IMG/VR virus record: IMGVR_UViG_3300021959_006010 | Coordinates: 211,367-275,366 of that record | Length of the DNA stretch: 64,000 nt | Strand: one strand, 5' to 3' | Shown here: piece by piece, positions 35,916 to 45,432 of the stretch | Position numbering within the stretch: the first letter of the stretch is position 1 | Layout: each line of letters begins with the position of its first letter | Translations under genes and position numbers: made by a program | The notes under the pieces: generated by a model | Told to the model about the DNA's origin: nothing | The model's input: the letters and a program-made list of their open reading frames with translations, nothing else | Database searches by the model: none

Positions 35916-36893
35916 TTACTGTCCTTGACGAGCACGGATCATTGCAAGAATGTCTTGTGCGCCGCCTGCATCACCTGCTGGTGCAGATTCTTGCGCAGGC
36001 GCTGCTACTGGAGCAGGTTCTTGCGCAACTTCCTGCGCAGGTGCGCTCTGGCTAGTAGCAGTTGCTTGTGCGCTAGGTGCTGTGTTTGGATCACCTGTAC
36101 GTGCTTGCATACCTGCTGGACGGAAGTAATTACTCCAACGATCTGCATCATATGCTTCGCCGTCTACTGACGCTTCAAACATTTCCTGCATCACCTTAAC
36201 AGCCGTTTCGTCTGGCTTTTTAGGTAGGAAGTCATTTAGATTAAACAATCCATGTGTGTTGACTGCATTCATCTCTGCATCACCGAGTGGACGATCTCTA
36301 CGTGCCCAGTTAGATGTTGAATAGTCTGCATATCCGCCTTTTGAAGTTTTATTAAGACGGAAGTCTACACCTGCTGTGTAATCTGTTGGCAATTCTTCCA
36401 TATCGGGATCCATAAGAGCCTGTTTAATGATCTGGAAGATTTGAGGACCAATAATAAATCTACGGATTGGATTTTCCGGAGTAGTGTCCTCTGCTAGTGG
36501 ATTATCCACAACAAAGCCTTGGAAGATATACGAACGCTTTTTCCAATACTTACGACCCATATCTTCTAGACTTGGATCTTTAAACCAGCCACGTACTTCG
36601 TTAAGAATGTTACATGTCTCGCCGTACATTTCCATACACGGAATTTGTACTTGTACTGGACGTGAGTCAGTTTCACCTTTGATGCCAGCAAATGGAAGTT
36701 TAATAACAAGACGCTCTGTCCAGAAAAAAGTATTGTCTGGATTGCCGTCAGGAAGGAAACGAAGTGTTGCACTTTCGCCTTCTTTCATATTCCAAAATGG
36801 GTAAATTCCGTTATCGCCACCGCCGCTATTGTTGCCGCTTGTACGATTTTCTTGTTCTTTGAGCTTTGCTCGGATTTCTGCTAATGATGCCAT
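35916..36893 (-). CDS. single-stranded DNA-binding protein (gp32-like)
   Basis: LRFLPD, KYWKKRSY, G.DF.L.K..KGGYADY.TS; next to uvsX. Confidence 0.85.
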   Translation of the reverse strand: MASLAEIRAKLKEQENRTSGNNSGGGDNGIYPFWNMKEGESATLRFLPDGNPDNTFFWTERLVIKLPFAGIKGETDSRPVQVQIPCMEMYGETCNILNEVRGWFKDPSLEDMGRKYWKKRSYIFQGFVVDNPLAEDTTPENPIRRFIIGPQIFQIIKQALMDPDMEELPTDYTAGVDFRLNKTSKGGYADYSTSNWARRDRPLGDAEMNAVNTHGLFNLNDFLPKKPDETAVKVMQEMFEASVDGEAYDADRWSNYFRPAGMQARTGDPNTAPSAQATATSQSAPAQEVAQEPAPVAAPAQESAPAGDAGGAQDILAMIRARQGQ

Positions 36894-37020
36894 AGTTAGT
36901 GCCTCCTAAATGTTATGCCTATGTGCTTGTGCCTAATTCGTATAGCACAGTTAATACTATACGATAGTATTTATCAAAAGTCAACCACTTTTTAATAAAT
37001 TTTTTCAAAGAATTAGCGGA

Positions 37021-38751
37021 TTATCTTAAACCCGCTAACTCTCTCATTCTGTTGTATTCAAAGTCTTGTTCTGGTTCTTTATAACCAAATTTTTCTGAGA
37101 CTAGGTTATTAATTTGTTCAATAAACGCCTTAGCTGGTTCTATAAACTCTTCGCCATAATCTTTCTCTACCATGGTAAGAACTGCTGTTTCTCCCTTAGG
37201 GAATTGTCCGGTGTGCCTATCAAAGTAACTTAGTATAAACTCGCCTAATGGAGTCTTTTGATCCTTTTCTAGTGTAATTTCATCACCGTCTGGACCTTGT
37301 ACCTTGTCGCCTTTTTTCTTGCCATCCATTTTAGCCTTGCGTATTGCGTGTGCATATGCATTGCCTTCACCCATGCCGTAATCGTCTATAATGTGGTCGT
37401 GCATACGTTGTTCGATTTCGTCGTGATCATCATCTGGATGCCATCCATTATCAACGGCTACATCATCATACATATCTTGTAGATAGTTTTGTATGTCCGG
37501 ACCCATTTTGCCTCTTAATGCATCTGATAGAAGCTCTCCACTGTCATCAGCTGCAATCTTTTCCATTGCTTGGATAAGCTGATCTTTCATTGAGCCTTCA
37601 GCAAACTGTCCTAATGATTGATCAAATAGCTCTTCTAAATCATCTTCTTCTTTTACACATGAGCCTTTTTCGCCACGCTTTTTACCAGGAACTTTTTTGT
37701 ATCCATCCCAGCACTTGTCATACATTTTATCGTTACCGTGACGTTCGCCTTCGTCTACTAAATCCTCTGGACCTAGTTCTTTTGCTTTATTTGCTTCGCC
37801 TACTAGATTGTAAATGTATGGAAATACATCTTTTAATTCTTCGTTAAACTGACGAATTGTAAGTTGGTCAACCCAAGAATCTTGTATGTCTTGTGGTACG
37901 TCTTCAAATACTGGAGATTCAAAATTTGCAATAGCATCTTCATAAAAACTTTTCTTTTGGAGACTTTCAATAGTTTTCTTTACAGTGCTAATGCGTTCTT
38001 TAACTACATCCATATATTCGCTTAGACTTTCTGCCATTACAGCAGAACGACCCATATAAGTTTTAAACTTACGTAGTTTGCTCATTTCTTCTGACATGCT
38101 TACAATATGTTTGCCAAAATCATCGTAAGCATTTCCGCCTTCGCTTACATGACGAGCCATTGCTCTTGCACCACTTAAATGTTTAAACGGATATTTAAAA
38201 CGTTCACCTTCGGCACTTTCGATGTAAATAGCGCCTACTTTTTGTGTACGTCCAGTAGCACTTTCTTGGTTAATATTTTCTGTGTGCTTAATAATTAAAC
38301 GTGCATTGTCTATATCTTGATAACTTACACGGCCTGTTCCGTATAGCTTCGACTCGTTCATTTGTTCGTCTCCAAAAGTATTTTTTGCAAGGTATTGATA
38401 ATCTCTTTTTTCTAAATTTGATTTATTAATATTTCTTGTATTAAAATTTAACATACGTTTTTTACTAAATTTACGCAATTCTTTTAAGAAGTTATACCAA
38501 TCTTTTTTTGATAATTCAGTTTCTCCTTCAACAACGTCGGTGGAGTACATAACTGTAATACCATTTTTTTCATCTAAACTTACACTAATTTTTCCTAAGT
38601 CAGCATCTTTGCCTTTATAAGGAAATTCAAAAAAACGAGCTTCAGTTGGTTCTGTAGTTACGTTGCCTTGCTCGTTGCCGATTGTAACTTCAGGAAACCT
38701 TCCTCGTATTTTTGAAAATAATTCTTCTGCTATGTTATTTAGATCCATCAT
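37021..38751 (-). CDS. hypothetical head/core-associated protein
   Basis: TAAATA-N4-ATG; Glu-ending segments, KCWDGYKKVPGK..SCVK, C-terminal RMRELAGL. Confidence 0.65.
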   Translation of the reverse strand: MMDLNNIAEELFSKIRGRFPEVTIGNEQGNVTTEPTEARFFEFPYKGKDADLGKISVSLDEKNGITVMYSTDVVEGETELSKKDWYNFLKELRKFSKKRMLNFNTRNINKSNLEKRDYQYLAKNTFGDEQMNESKLYGTGRVSYQDIDNARLIIKHTENINQESATGRTQKVGAIYIESAEGERFKYPFKHLSGARAMARHVSEGGNAYDDFGKHIVSMSEEMSKLRKFKTYMGRSAVMAESLSEYMDVVKERISTVKKTIESLQKKSFYEDAIANFESPVFEDVPQDIQDSWVDQLTIRQFNEELKDVFPYIYNLVGEANKAKELGPEDLVDEGERHGNDKMYDKCWDGYKKVPGKKRGEKGSCVKEEDDLEELFDQSLGQFAEGSMKDQLIQAMEKIAADDSGELLSDALRGKMGPDIQNYLQDMYDDVAVDNGWHPDDDHDEIEQRMHDHIIDDYGMGEGNAYAHAIRKAKMDGKKKGDKVQGPDGDEITLEKDQKTPLGEFILSYFDRHTGQFPKGETAVLTMVEKDYGEEFIEPAKAFIEQINNLVSEKFGYKEPEQDFEYNRMRELAGLR

Positions 38752-38761
38752 AATGTATTTA

Positions 38762-40342
38762 TCAATAGTTGCTGCTAACGAAGATAGGCATAGGTGCCTC
38801 ATAATCTTCTAAATCTTCTGCTTGATTAAATGTATTATAAACTCTAGGATCCCAGTCCTTTAATACATCCATCATTCTAATTGCTAAAAGTGTTGCACTA
38901 ACTAAATCGTCAGTTAATCCAGGCTTTGCCTGATAACTAGATCCAGTTGCTACAAATCCTTTTAATTCTGATATAAAAGGTTTTGAGTGTATAACCATTT
39001 TATCGTTTTCTACCATAGTCTTTAATCGACTGCATGCTGTAACTTTAGTGCTATGCGTTGTATTAAATCCTTTACGGAACTTACGCACATGTCCTTTTCG
39101 AATAGGTTCAGACACAAATAGTCCTGGTATATTCTCTTCCCCAAAATCGTTTATAACGATTAAGCATGCTTCTCCTATGCCGTTATTTTCTACACTCCAA
39201 TATATGCCTGTAGGATTACGTGTTTCTTGTTCTATATATTTGCATATATCTGCAAGTACACGTATCTGTCCAGGTATAGCAGTTTGATTGTGTTGCCATT
39301 CTGCTACTTGTTCGTATGTAGGCAATTCAAATACTTGTATAGCAGCATAATCACCGCCTGTACCCATACTAGGATCTAAAGCAATAGCATATGTGTATTG
39401 GCTGGTAGGTTTTTTATACCAACGTGTTTGACCCATATTTAATGTAGGTGAGTCGCCTTCCATTGCTGCTAGTTTGATACTGTTAATAAGTGTTTCGTCG
39501 AATACTAGGAACTCGCATCCATATTCACGACGGAATTTTTCTTCACCAATACGTCCAATCTCTGCTGCTTTCCATTCTTCATCACGGTCTGGATGTTCGT
39601 CCCACTTTGATACAAACGATCTAAATCCATTGACACCTAGATCGTTTTCGTTTCCGTGATCATCAAAACGTTGTTCTGCTTGTTTCCAAATAGTAGCAAA
39701 TGTATCTTCGTCTGAGTTAGGTGTGCTAGTAATAATTGCTTGACCACCTGTTGCTAGTGTAGGTGATATTGAAGTCCAAAACTCTTCCGCAATGTTAGGC
39801 TGCACAAATGCAAACTCGTCACAGTATAGTAGCGAGATAGACAAACCACGTCCTGTGTTGCCTGTTGTTGTTTGACTTATAATACGCGAACCGTTTTCAA
39901 ACTCAATGCTGCCCTTGTTGTAACTTGTAACACCTGCTCTAATATGGTCTGGACAAGTTTCGTATACATAACGAATACGTGCCATAATCTCTTGCGCACC
40001 TGTGTATTTGTGTGCAGCAACAAGAATAGTCTGATCTGGATTAAACATTGCATACCAAGCAAGATAGATAGCAGCACAAGTAGTTTTACCTGTCTGTCTT
40101 GGCATCATATTAATATTAAATCGATATTTGTGATATGTTTCCATTAAACCTAACTGATACTCGTAAGGTTCAAAAAGTAATTTACCTTTTACTGGGTGTT
40201 GAATGTATGCAAAGTTTTTAGCAAAATACAAATAGCCGTCATTAGGATCCATGCAAGCAGCAAGTTCTTCAATTTGTGCATTTGTATATGTTTCTTTAGT
40301 ATTAGCTTTTTTAGTTAATACGCCATCTAATGATTTCGACAT
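38762..40342 (-). CDS. terminase large subunit (gp17-like)
   Basis: PRQTGKTT, LYCDEFAF, ITSTPN, FRREY.CEF, ALDPS.G.GGDY, ENN..G, DDLV. Confidence 0.95.
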   Translation of the reverse strand: MSKSLDGVLTKKANTKETYTNAQIEELAACMDPNDGYLYFAKNFAYIQHPVKGKLLFEPYEYQLGLMETYHKYRFNINMMPRQTGKTTCAAIYLAWYAMFNPDQTILVAAHKYTGAQEIMARIRYVYETCPDHIRAGVTSYNKGSIEFENGSRIISQTTTGNTGRGLSISLLYCDEFAFVQPNIAEEFWTSISPTLATGGQAIITSTPNSDEDTFATIWKQAEQRFDDHGNENDLGVNGFRSFVSKWDEHPDRDEEWKAAEIGRIGEEKFRREYGCEFLVFDETLINSIKLAAMEGDSPTLNMGQTRWYKKPTSQYTYAIALDPSMGTGGDYAAIQVFELPTYEQVAEWQHNQTAIPGQIRVLADICKYIEQETRNPTGIYWSVENNGIGEACLIVINDFGEENIPGLFVSEPIRKGHVRKFRKGFNTTHSTKVTACSRLKTMVENDKMVIHSKPFISELKGFVATGSSYQAKPGLTDDLVSATLLAIRMMDVLKDWDPRVYNTFNQAEDLEDYEAPMPIFVSSNY

Positions 40343-40354
40343 ATTGTATTTACT

Positions 40355-40382
40355 CAAAAAAATAGCGTCCGAAGACGCTATT
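40355..40382 (-). terminator. UUCG-loop terminator
   Basis: AATAGCGTC-TTCG-GACGCTATT then a T run on minus. Confidence 0.8.
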
Positions 40383-40402
40383 GAATCATCTGGGGGGATG
40401 TA

Positions 40403-41020
40403 TTATTTTTTAAACTGTGGAGGTACTTCACCTTTTTTAGGCTTGCTACCTTTTTTCTTACCTGCGTGATCGTCTTCGCCTGGCTTCTTGTCTGCCCAGT
40501 CTGGAACACCGTCACCGTCTGCATCTGGTTTTTTCTTTTCTGCTAGTGCAGCATAAAGCTCTTTTGCGATAGCTTCTACAGCCATTGCATTGTCGCCATC
40601 TTGTGCTTTTGCATATGCTTTCTTTTCTCTATTAAGGCCGCCACTTAGATCTTTTGTCATTAGTTTATGATCTGAATATTCTTCTTCTGGTTCGTTTTCG
40701 TATTCTTCAAGATCGTCTTCGGCTGCATCGGCATATACTTCGTCTGCTTCCATTTCTGGCTCGTCTACAATATCACGTAGTCTTTCCATGTCCATACGCA
40801 TTGGCATCATCTCAGCAGACGCAGGTTTTGCATCTCCTAATCCTGCTTGTTGCATCATACGCATTAGATCTGCAACGTGTTCTTTACCACTTGCGTTCAT
40901 GCTTACATTTACTGTTACAGGATTACCTTGATCCATTGGTGCCGGAGCAGCCATAGGACCTTCATCCATTCCGCACTCTTCAATGTAGTCCATTGATTCG
41001 ATTAGTTTCTTCATTTCCAT
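40403..41020 (-). CDS. acidic hypothetical protein (possible internal head protein)
   Basis: GGAGG RBS; Glu-rich; DADGDGVPDWAD motif. Confidence 0.7.
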   Translation of the reverse strand: MEMKKLIESMDYIEECGMDEGPMAAPAPMDQGNPVTVNVSMNASGKEHVADLMRMMQQAGLGDAKPASAEMMPMRMDMERLRDIVDEPEMEADEVYADAAEDDLEEYENEPEEEYSDHKLMTKDLSGGLNREKKAYAKAQDGDNAMAVEAIAKELYAALAEKKKPDADGDGVPDWADKKPGEDDHAGKKKGSKPKKGEVPPQFKK

Positions 41021-41024
41021 AGTA

Positions 41025-41582
41025 TTAACCTCCTACTACCGCTTTTGAGTTTTCGCTAGCGTCAATATCCTTGCTCTCACCAGTCGGTGCTGCGGCAGCG
41101 GGATCGTGCTCATTTTCTTTTCTAGCTTTTTCTAATTCTTTAAGAAGCTCCATAACTCTGTTACCAGCTACTGATTCTTGCGCACTCTCATCTTTTAACT
41201 CTTCAGTAGTTAGCATTGCTTCGTATGGTTGATCGTCTTTAGCTTCTTGATATTCTTCTTGTGGTTCGTTTGGACTTCTTACAATAATGTGTGACTGATC
41301 AACTAAACAACATTTACCTACATATTCTTGTAATACTTGAGTTGTTGTTGGATAGTTTAATTCAAACTCAAAATATGTTACTTCCATATTTTGTAACTGT
41401 GGAAAGTCTAACGGACGTTCTTGTATAGGAGTCTTTTTACCAGCAGTTATATTAGACACTTTATATTTTTCTAAGCATGTTTTAAGATGCTCTTGAAAAT
41501 TTTCTGGTAATTCTCCTGCTACACCTACTTTGAATGGGTAGGTTTTCTTTGATTCTGTTATGTATTCTTTTAAAGATTTCAT
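41025..41582 (-). CDS. hypothetical protein with CTS-like N-terminus
   Basis: MKSLKEYITE resembles the T4 internal-protein capsid targeting sequence. Confidence 0.7.
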   Translation of the reverse strand: MKSLKEYITESKKTYPFKVGVAGELPENFQEHLKTCLEKYKVSNITAGKKTPIQERPLDFPQLQNMEVTYFEFELNYPTTTQVLQEYVGKCCLVDQSHIIVRSPNEPQEEYQEAKDDQPYEAMLTTEELKDESAQESVAGNRVMELLKELEKARKENEHDPAAAAPTGESKDIDASENSKAVVGG

Positions 41583-41607
41583 TGCGCAATTATCCTGATC
41601 TTATATA

Positions 41608-42282
41608 CTATTTATCTTTATCAATAATGTTTTCTTTCAAATATTTATATATTATACGGTGTGCATCCCTGTTAGGATGATAACCGTCTTCTTTAAAATA
41701 GTCTGATGCTTGTATAGATTCCCATATTTTGTTTTGTTCCCACATCCAATTTACTGTTTCTTTGTCTATAGTTAAAGGATATTTATTTCCTAAATGGAAG
41801 AAAAACTCGTACTCTTTTGCTATATCCGGAAGTAGTAATTTTAAAATACTTGGTATTGCAACACATAAATTATCATAATTAATTACAGGAATGTTTGACA
41901 AGCCGCCTAATAGATATATTTTTTTATCAAGTGTATTAAGTTTAGTAAAAAAATTATTAAGAATATCGGTGTGTCTTTGTATAATGGTTTCTTTACAAAA
42001 AGGCGATAGGTTAAAAAAATTTTCTTGTTGTGTATATTTGTTAGTTACAGACCTATTAGTACAGGTTACAAATACAAAAATAAAATCGTAAAAATCTAAA
42101 TTTTCTTTTTTTATATTCTCTAATATTTCTTCTAAAGATCCGCCTGCTTTTGAAATGTTTTTTACATTACTTCCTGAATCGTCTAAATATTGTTCTAAGC
42201 CGTAATGTGTAACTTCTAGCTTTTTATTCCACTCTCCTCTTCCCCAACTATCGCCGGCAATAAGAATGTTATGAGCCATCAC
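41608..42282 (-). CDS. SGNH-hydrolase-like protein
   Basis: GDSW, N.S..G, D.YHPN..AH. Confidence 0.7.
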   Translation of the reverse strand: MMAHNILIAGDSWGRGEWNKKLEVTHYGLEQYLDDSGSNVKNISKAGGSLEEILENIKKENLDFYDFIFVFVTCTNRSVTNKYTQQENFFNLSPFCKETIIQRHTDILNNFFTKLNTLDKKIYLLGGLSNIPVINYDNLCVAIPSILKLLLPDIAKEYEFFFHLGNKYPLTIDKETVNWMWEQNKIWESIQASDYFKEDGYHPNRDAHRIIYKYLKENIIDKDK

Positions 42283-42772
42283 CTTTTAAACCTTTAAGTT
42301 TTTCTAAAAGGCTATTACGGTCAGTAACAACGTATCCTTCTCCGTTTACTATACCATTATCAGATGTAGCGTTGTCGTTGTCTAATTTTTCTTTTTTAAG
42401 TTGCAGTTCTACCATTTTAAGTTTTTTGTCTAGTTTAGCAACTTTGGCATCTAAGTTAGTTTTTAGCATATTGCCAGCTACTTCAAACACACGCCCGGAA
42501 TATCGACTTTCAACATTCATACCGAGGTCCATTAAATCTTCGTATGCTGCCATAGCTTTATCGGCAACCTCATTTAATTCTTTATCAGCTAATTCACCTA
42601 AGCCTTTTACTTGCGGAAGTGCAGCATTAATTTTATCTAACTCTGCAATATCTCGAAATGCTTCTGCACGTTCTAGATCATGTTTTTCTTGTTCAGCTTC
42701 TTGTGCTTCGGCTTGTTCTATAATTTCTTTAGAATCAGGTAGGTTTAATAAATCTTCTAATTTTTTAGTCAT
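42269..42772 (-). CDS. hypothetical coiled-coil protein (possible terminase small subunit)
   Basis: helical 167 aa; R.FEVAG.ML pattern; near gp4 and gp17. Confidence 0.5.
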   Translation of the reverse strand: MTKKLEDLLNLPDSKEIIEQAEAQEAEQEKHDLERAEAFRDIAELDKINAALPQVKGLGELADKELNEVADKAMAAYEDLMDLGMNVESRYSGRVFEVAGNMLKTNLDAKVAKLDKKLKMVELQLKKEKLDNDNATSDNGIVNGEGYVVTDRNSLLEKLKGLKGDGS

Positions 42773-42801
42773 AGTAGCTTTCCATTATATGCTACTATTA
42801 T

Positions 42802-43239
42802 TTATCTACGTTTACCTTGATGGAATATATCTCCTTCAGTTACGATACGAAAGAATATTCCTTTTTGTTTGCACCAGGCTCTTGCTGCTTCCCATTTTGC
42901 TTGGTTAACAACCCAGTGTGCTTGATTTGCTCTACTTCGGCCTAGTTTTTCTTTTACTGTTTGATTAGTTGGTTTAACTTCTATAAGTTCTACTCTCTGT
43001 TTTCCGTTTTTATCACTATATGCAATAAAAAAATCAGGAACATAAATTGTTTGCTTTCCGCTTAGTGGATTTCTATATGGTATTCGTATTGCTTCTGACG
43101 CCCACTGACTAACACTGGGATGCTCGTCACAAAAGCGCATAAAGGCAAATTCCCAACTAGATCGATAAGTCGGTGTTTTATTACCTATATATTTTTCTGG
43201 ATTTTTAAAATTAAATTTACCACTAGCAAATCTTGACAT
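42802..43239 (-). CDS. head completion nuclease (gp4-like, TnsA-like fold)
   Basis: NPEKY.G...YRSSWE..FM.FCD, W.SE...IPY, Y.PDF, IEVKP, NQAKW.AA. Confidence 0.9.
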   Translation of the reverse strand: MSRFASGKFNFKNPEKYIGNKTPTYRSSWEFAFMRFCDEHPSVSQWASEAIRIPYRNPLSGKQTIYVPDFFIAYSDKNGKQRVELIEVKPTNQTVKEKLGRSRANQAHWVVNQAKWEAARAWCKQKGIFFRIVTEGDIFHQGKRR

Positions 43240-43595
43240 TAAACTGCAATATTCCGTGCTTCGTAGACTGCTTGACTTTCGTCTACTCTATATCCTACTG
43301 CACTAATTTTTTCTCTGTTTACATTAAGTATTTCAGTAACTAATGCACTTAATTTTATTTCGTCTAAACCTTCTAAAGTATCCAACACTTCGAATACCTT
43401 TAATCCGTCTCGTTTTGCTTGTTCTAATATAATTGTGCTTACACTAGTTGATCCGCTTAAATCAAAACCTCTTTTTTCAAAAAATTGTAAGACTGCATCT
43501 ACTTCATTAGAAGTAAATTCTAGTTTTTTGTCGTAATAACTTTGAAAAAATTGTCTAGTGTTATTAGAACTATTTGATTTTGGTAAGTTTCCCAT
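43239..43595 (-). CDS. hypothetical virion protein
   Basis: 118 aa in tail operon. Confidence 0.65.
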   Translation of the reverse strand: MGNLPKSNSSNNTRQFFQSYYDKKLEFTSNEVDAVLQFFEKRGFDLSGSTSVSTIILEQAKRDGLKVFEVLDTLEGLDEIKLSALVTEILNVNREKISAVGYRVDESQAVYEARNIAV

Positions 43596-44635
43596 TATAC
43601 ATTGACTCCTGTTTGTGCAACAAATGCATCAACTAAAGCAGAAGGTACGTTTGCTCCTGATGCAATTGCCGTAGCAATTATGTCTGTATCTTGCTCTGAT
43701 AGAGAAACACCTGGTACAAGTTCTGGCAAATTCGCTGCTGCGGCTTGTGTTATATTCTGTACTGTTGACAGTTGTGGTCCGCCTGCTGCTGTTGCTGTTG
43801 TTACTAGTGTGTTTATTGTAGGAGTAAATGCTCCTGACGGAGAAGTGGTTAAGTTCGGATTAAATGCTGTTGGAGTATTATCTACCGGTGCACCAATAAC
43901 ATTCCATGCTTCTGATACGCTAAATCCGGAATATTCGTTGCCGCCTAGTGGGCTATCAACTACGTCATATCTTCTAGTAGCAAATGTTGCAGGATTATCT
44001 ACATCAATAGTGCCTCTTGAATAGAATACACTTTCGTAGTTAATTTCTAAGTTGTTTTCAACTATTCCAGTCCCGTCTGACTGATCCATAGTGTCATGTC
44101 CCCATCTTTCTATTACAGGATTAACTAATGTAAATTCTGTAAACTGTTGACGAGAAAGTTGAAATAACTTTATATTTTCAAAAAACGGTTCTTTAATAGG
44201 ACTTTCTAAACCATAAGTTTTTCCGTCATCGCCTTTATAAACGTTATCTTTTCTAAAAGCAGTTGGATCTCCAGCATGTAATCCGTCTCTAAAATAAAAT
44301 TTATAGTAAGATTCTAACAATAGTGTTGTTACTCCTAAATTATCATCGTGCATTGATATTTTTACTGGAGTATAAGTTATTTTTGTTTGTGTAATTTTCT
44401 TTCGATTGTATTGATTTTTAACCTGTAGTTCTGCATTATACTGCGGAAGATCTACAGTTTTACATAGCATGTTAATTTCTGCTTGATACTTATTAGCTAA
44501 TTCCGGAGCAAGTTGTCTTGCCGAATTTGAAAGATTAAAATTCACAAAATAGAGAAATTTATTCTTAGGAGCCAATGCATATGCATTGTCTATATAAAGT
44601 CGTGCAGCGTGTTGAAAATCTCTTAATACAGTCAT
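43595..44635 (-). CDS. tail-tube-like baseplate protein (gp48/gp54-like)
   Basis: K.VDLP...NQYNRK...Y.P...HDD gp19-like signature; downstream of tube. Confidence 0.6.
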   Translation of the reverse strand: MTVLRDFQHAARLYIDNAYALAPKNKFLYFVNFNLSNSARQLAPELANKYQAEINMLCKTVDLPQYNAELQVKNQYNRKKITQTKITYTPVKISMHDDNLGVTTLLLESYYKFYFRDGLHAGDPTAFRKDNVYKGDDGKTYGLESPIKEPFFENIKLFQLSRQQFTEFTLVNPVIERWGHDTMDQSDGTGIVENNLEINYESVFYSRGTIDVDNPATFATRRYDVVDSPLGGNEYSGFSVSEAWNVIGAPVDNTPTAFNPNLTTSPSGAFTPTINTLVTTATAAGGPQLSTVQNITQAAAANLPELVPGVSLSEQDTDIIATAIASGANVPSALVDAFVAQTGVNV

Positions 44636-44673
44636 ACTAATATTTATCTGTTACTATTAACTGCGTATATAAT

Positions 44674-44699
44674 TAAAAAGGCCGCAGAGCGACCTTTTT
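44674..44699 (-). terminator. terminator after tail tube
   Basis: AAAAGGTCGC-TCT-GCGGCCTTTT on minus. Confidence 0.6.
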
Positions 44700-44721
44700 A
44701 GTATCTTATAAATTAAGATTA

Positions 44722-45363
44722 TTAACCAGTTACCTGATCTGTATCTCTTAACTGTACTCCGTTAGGATCACCAACGCCTTCGTTGTTACCAATTCCGCCA
44801 TTGCCAAACTGGATGGCGTTATCGTAACGAATGCTTAGTGTAACTGTTGCTGGATCATTAGTTGCATATGCTAAACTGTTGTAGTTAGCATTTTCAACGT
44901 AGCAACCGTAAACTTCCCATGCTTCAAGTACAGTTGGTGCATTTGTTCCGTTACCGCCGTCTAGCATTTCGATAATTGTTCTAAACTTATAGTCTGCACC
45001 TGATGCTGCACTTGCTTGCTCCATAAAGTCGAATTGCTTTTGTAGCTGCTCGCCAACTTTACGTTGCACATTGTTGTTAACATCGTCGCGCATTGTTAGT
45101 GTAATTGGTTCCCAAGTATGTTTACCTGCTAGGTAACTTCTTGAGTTATAAACATCTAATGTAATTTGCTCAAAAGTTACATTAGGTCTAGTAACATCCA
45201 CTACCTGCTTAGTTAATTCAACAAGCTCAGTGCCCCCTGTTCCAAAACCGTCTAGTGTCACTCTAAAGCGATACTGTAGTTTTGGCATCAACAGACCCTG
45301 GCTAGAAGAACTTTGATCGCTAGCTAGTGGAACTGTGATTTTTGATAATGATGAGATTGACAT
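44722..45363 (-). CDS. tail tube protein (gp19-like)
   Basis: YRFRV, V.RP.V.F, YLAGK.TW.PITL..RDD, LSIRYD; follows sheath. Confidence 0.85.
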   Translation of the reverse strand: MSISSLSKITVPLASDQSSSSQGLLMPKLQYRFRVTLDGFGTGGTELVELTKQVVDVTRPNVTFEQITLDVYNSRSYLAGKHTWEPITLTMRDDVNNNVQRKVGEQLQKQFDFMEQASAASGADYKFRTIIEMLDGGNGTNAPTVLEAWEVYGCYVENANYNSLAYATNDPATVTLSIRYDNAIQFGNGGIGNNEGVGDPNGVQLRDTDQVTG

Positions 45364-45432
45364 TTAATTTTTCTCCTGCTCACTAGTATTTATCAATGTG
45401 TGGGCCTTCGAAAAGACCCACACTATAATACA

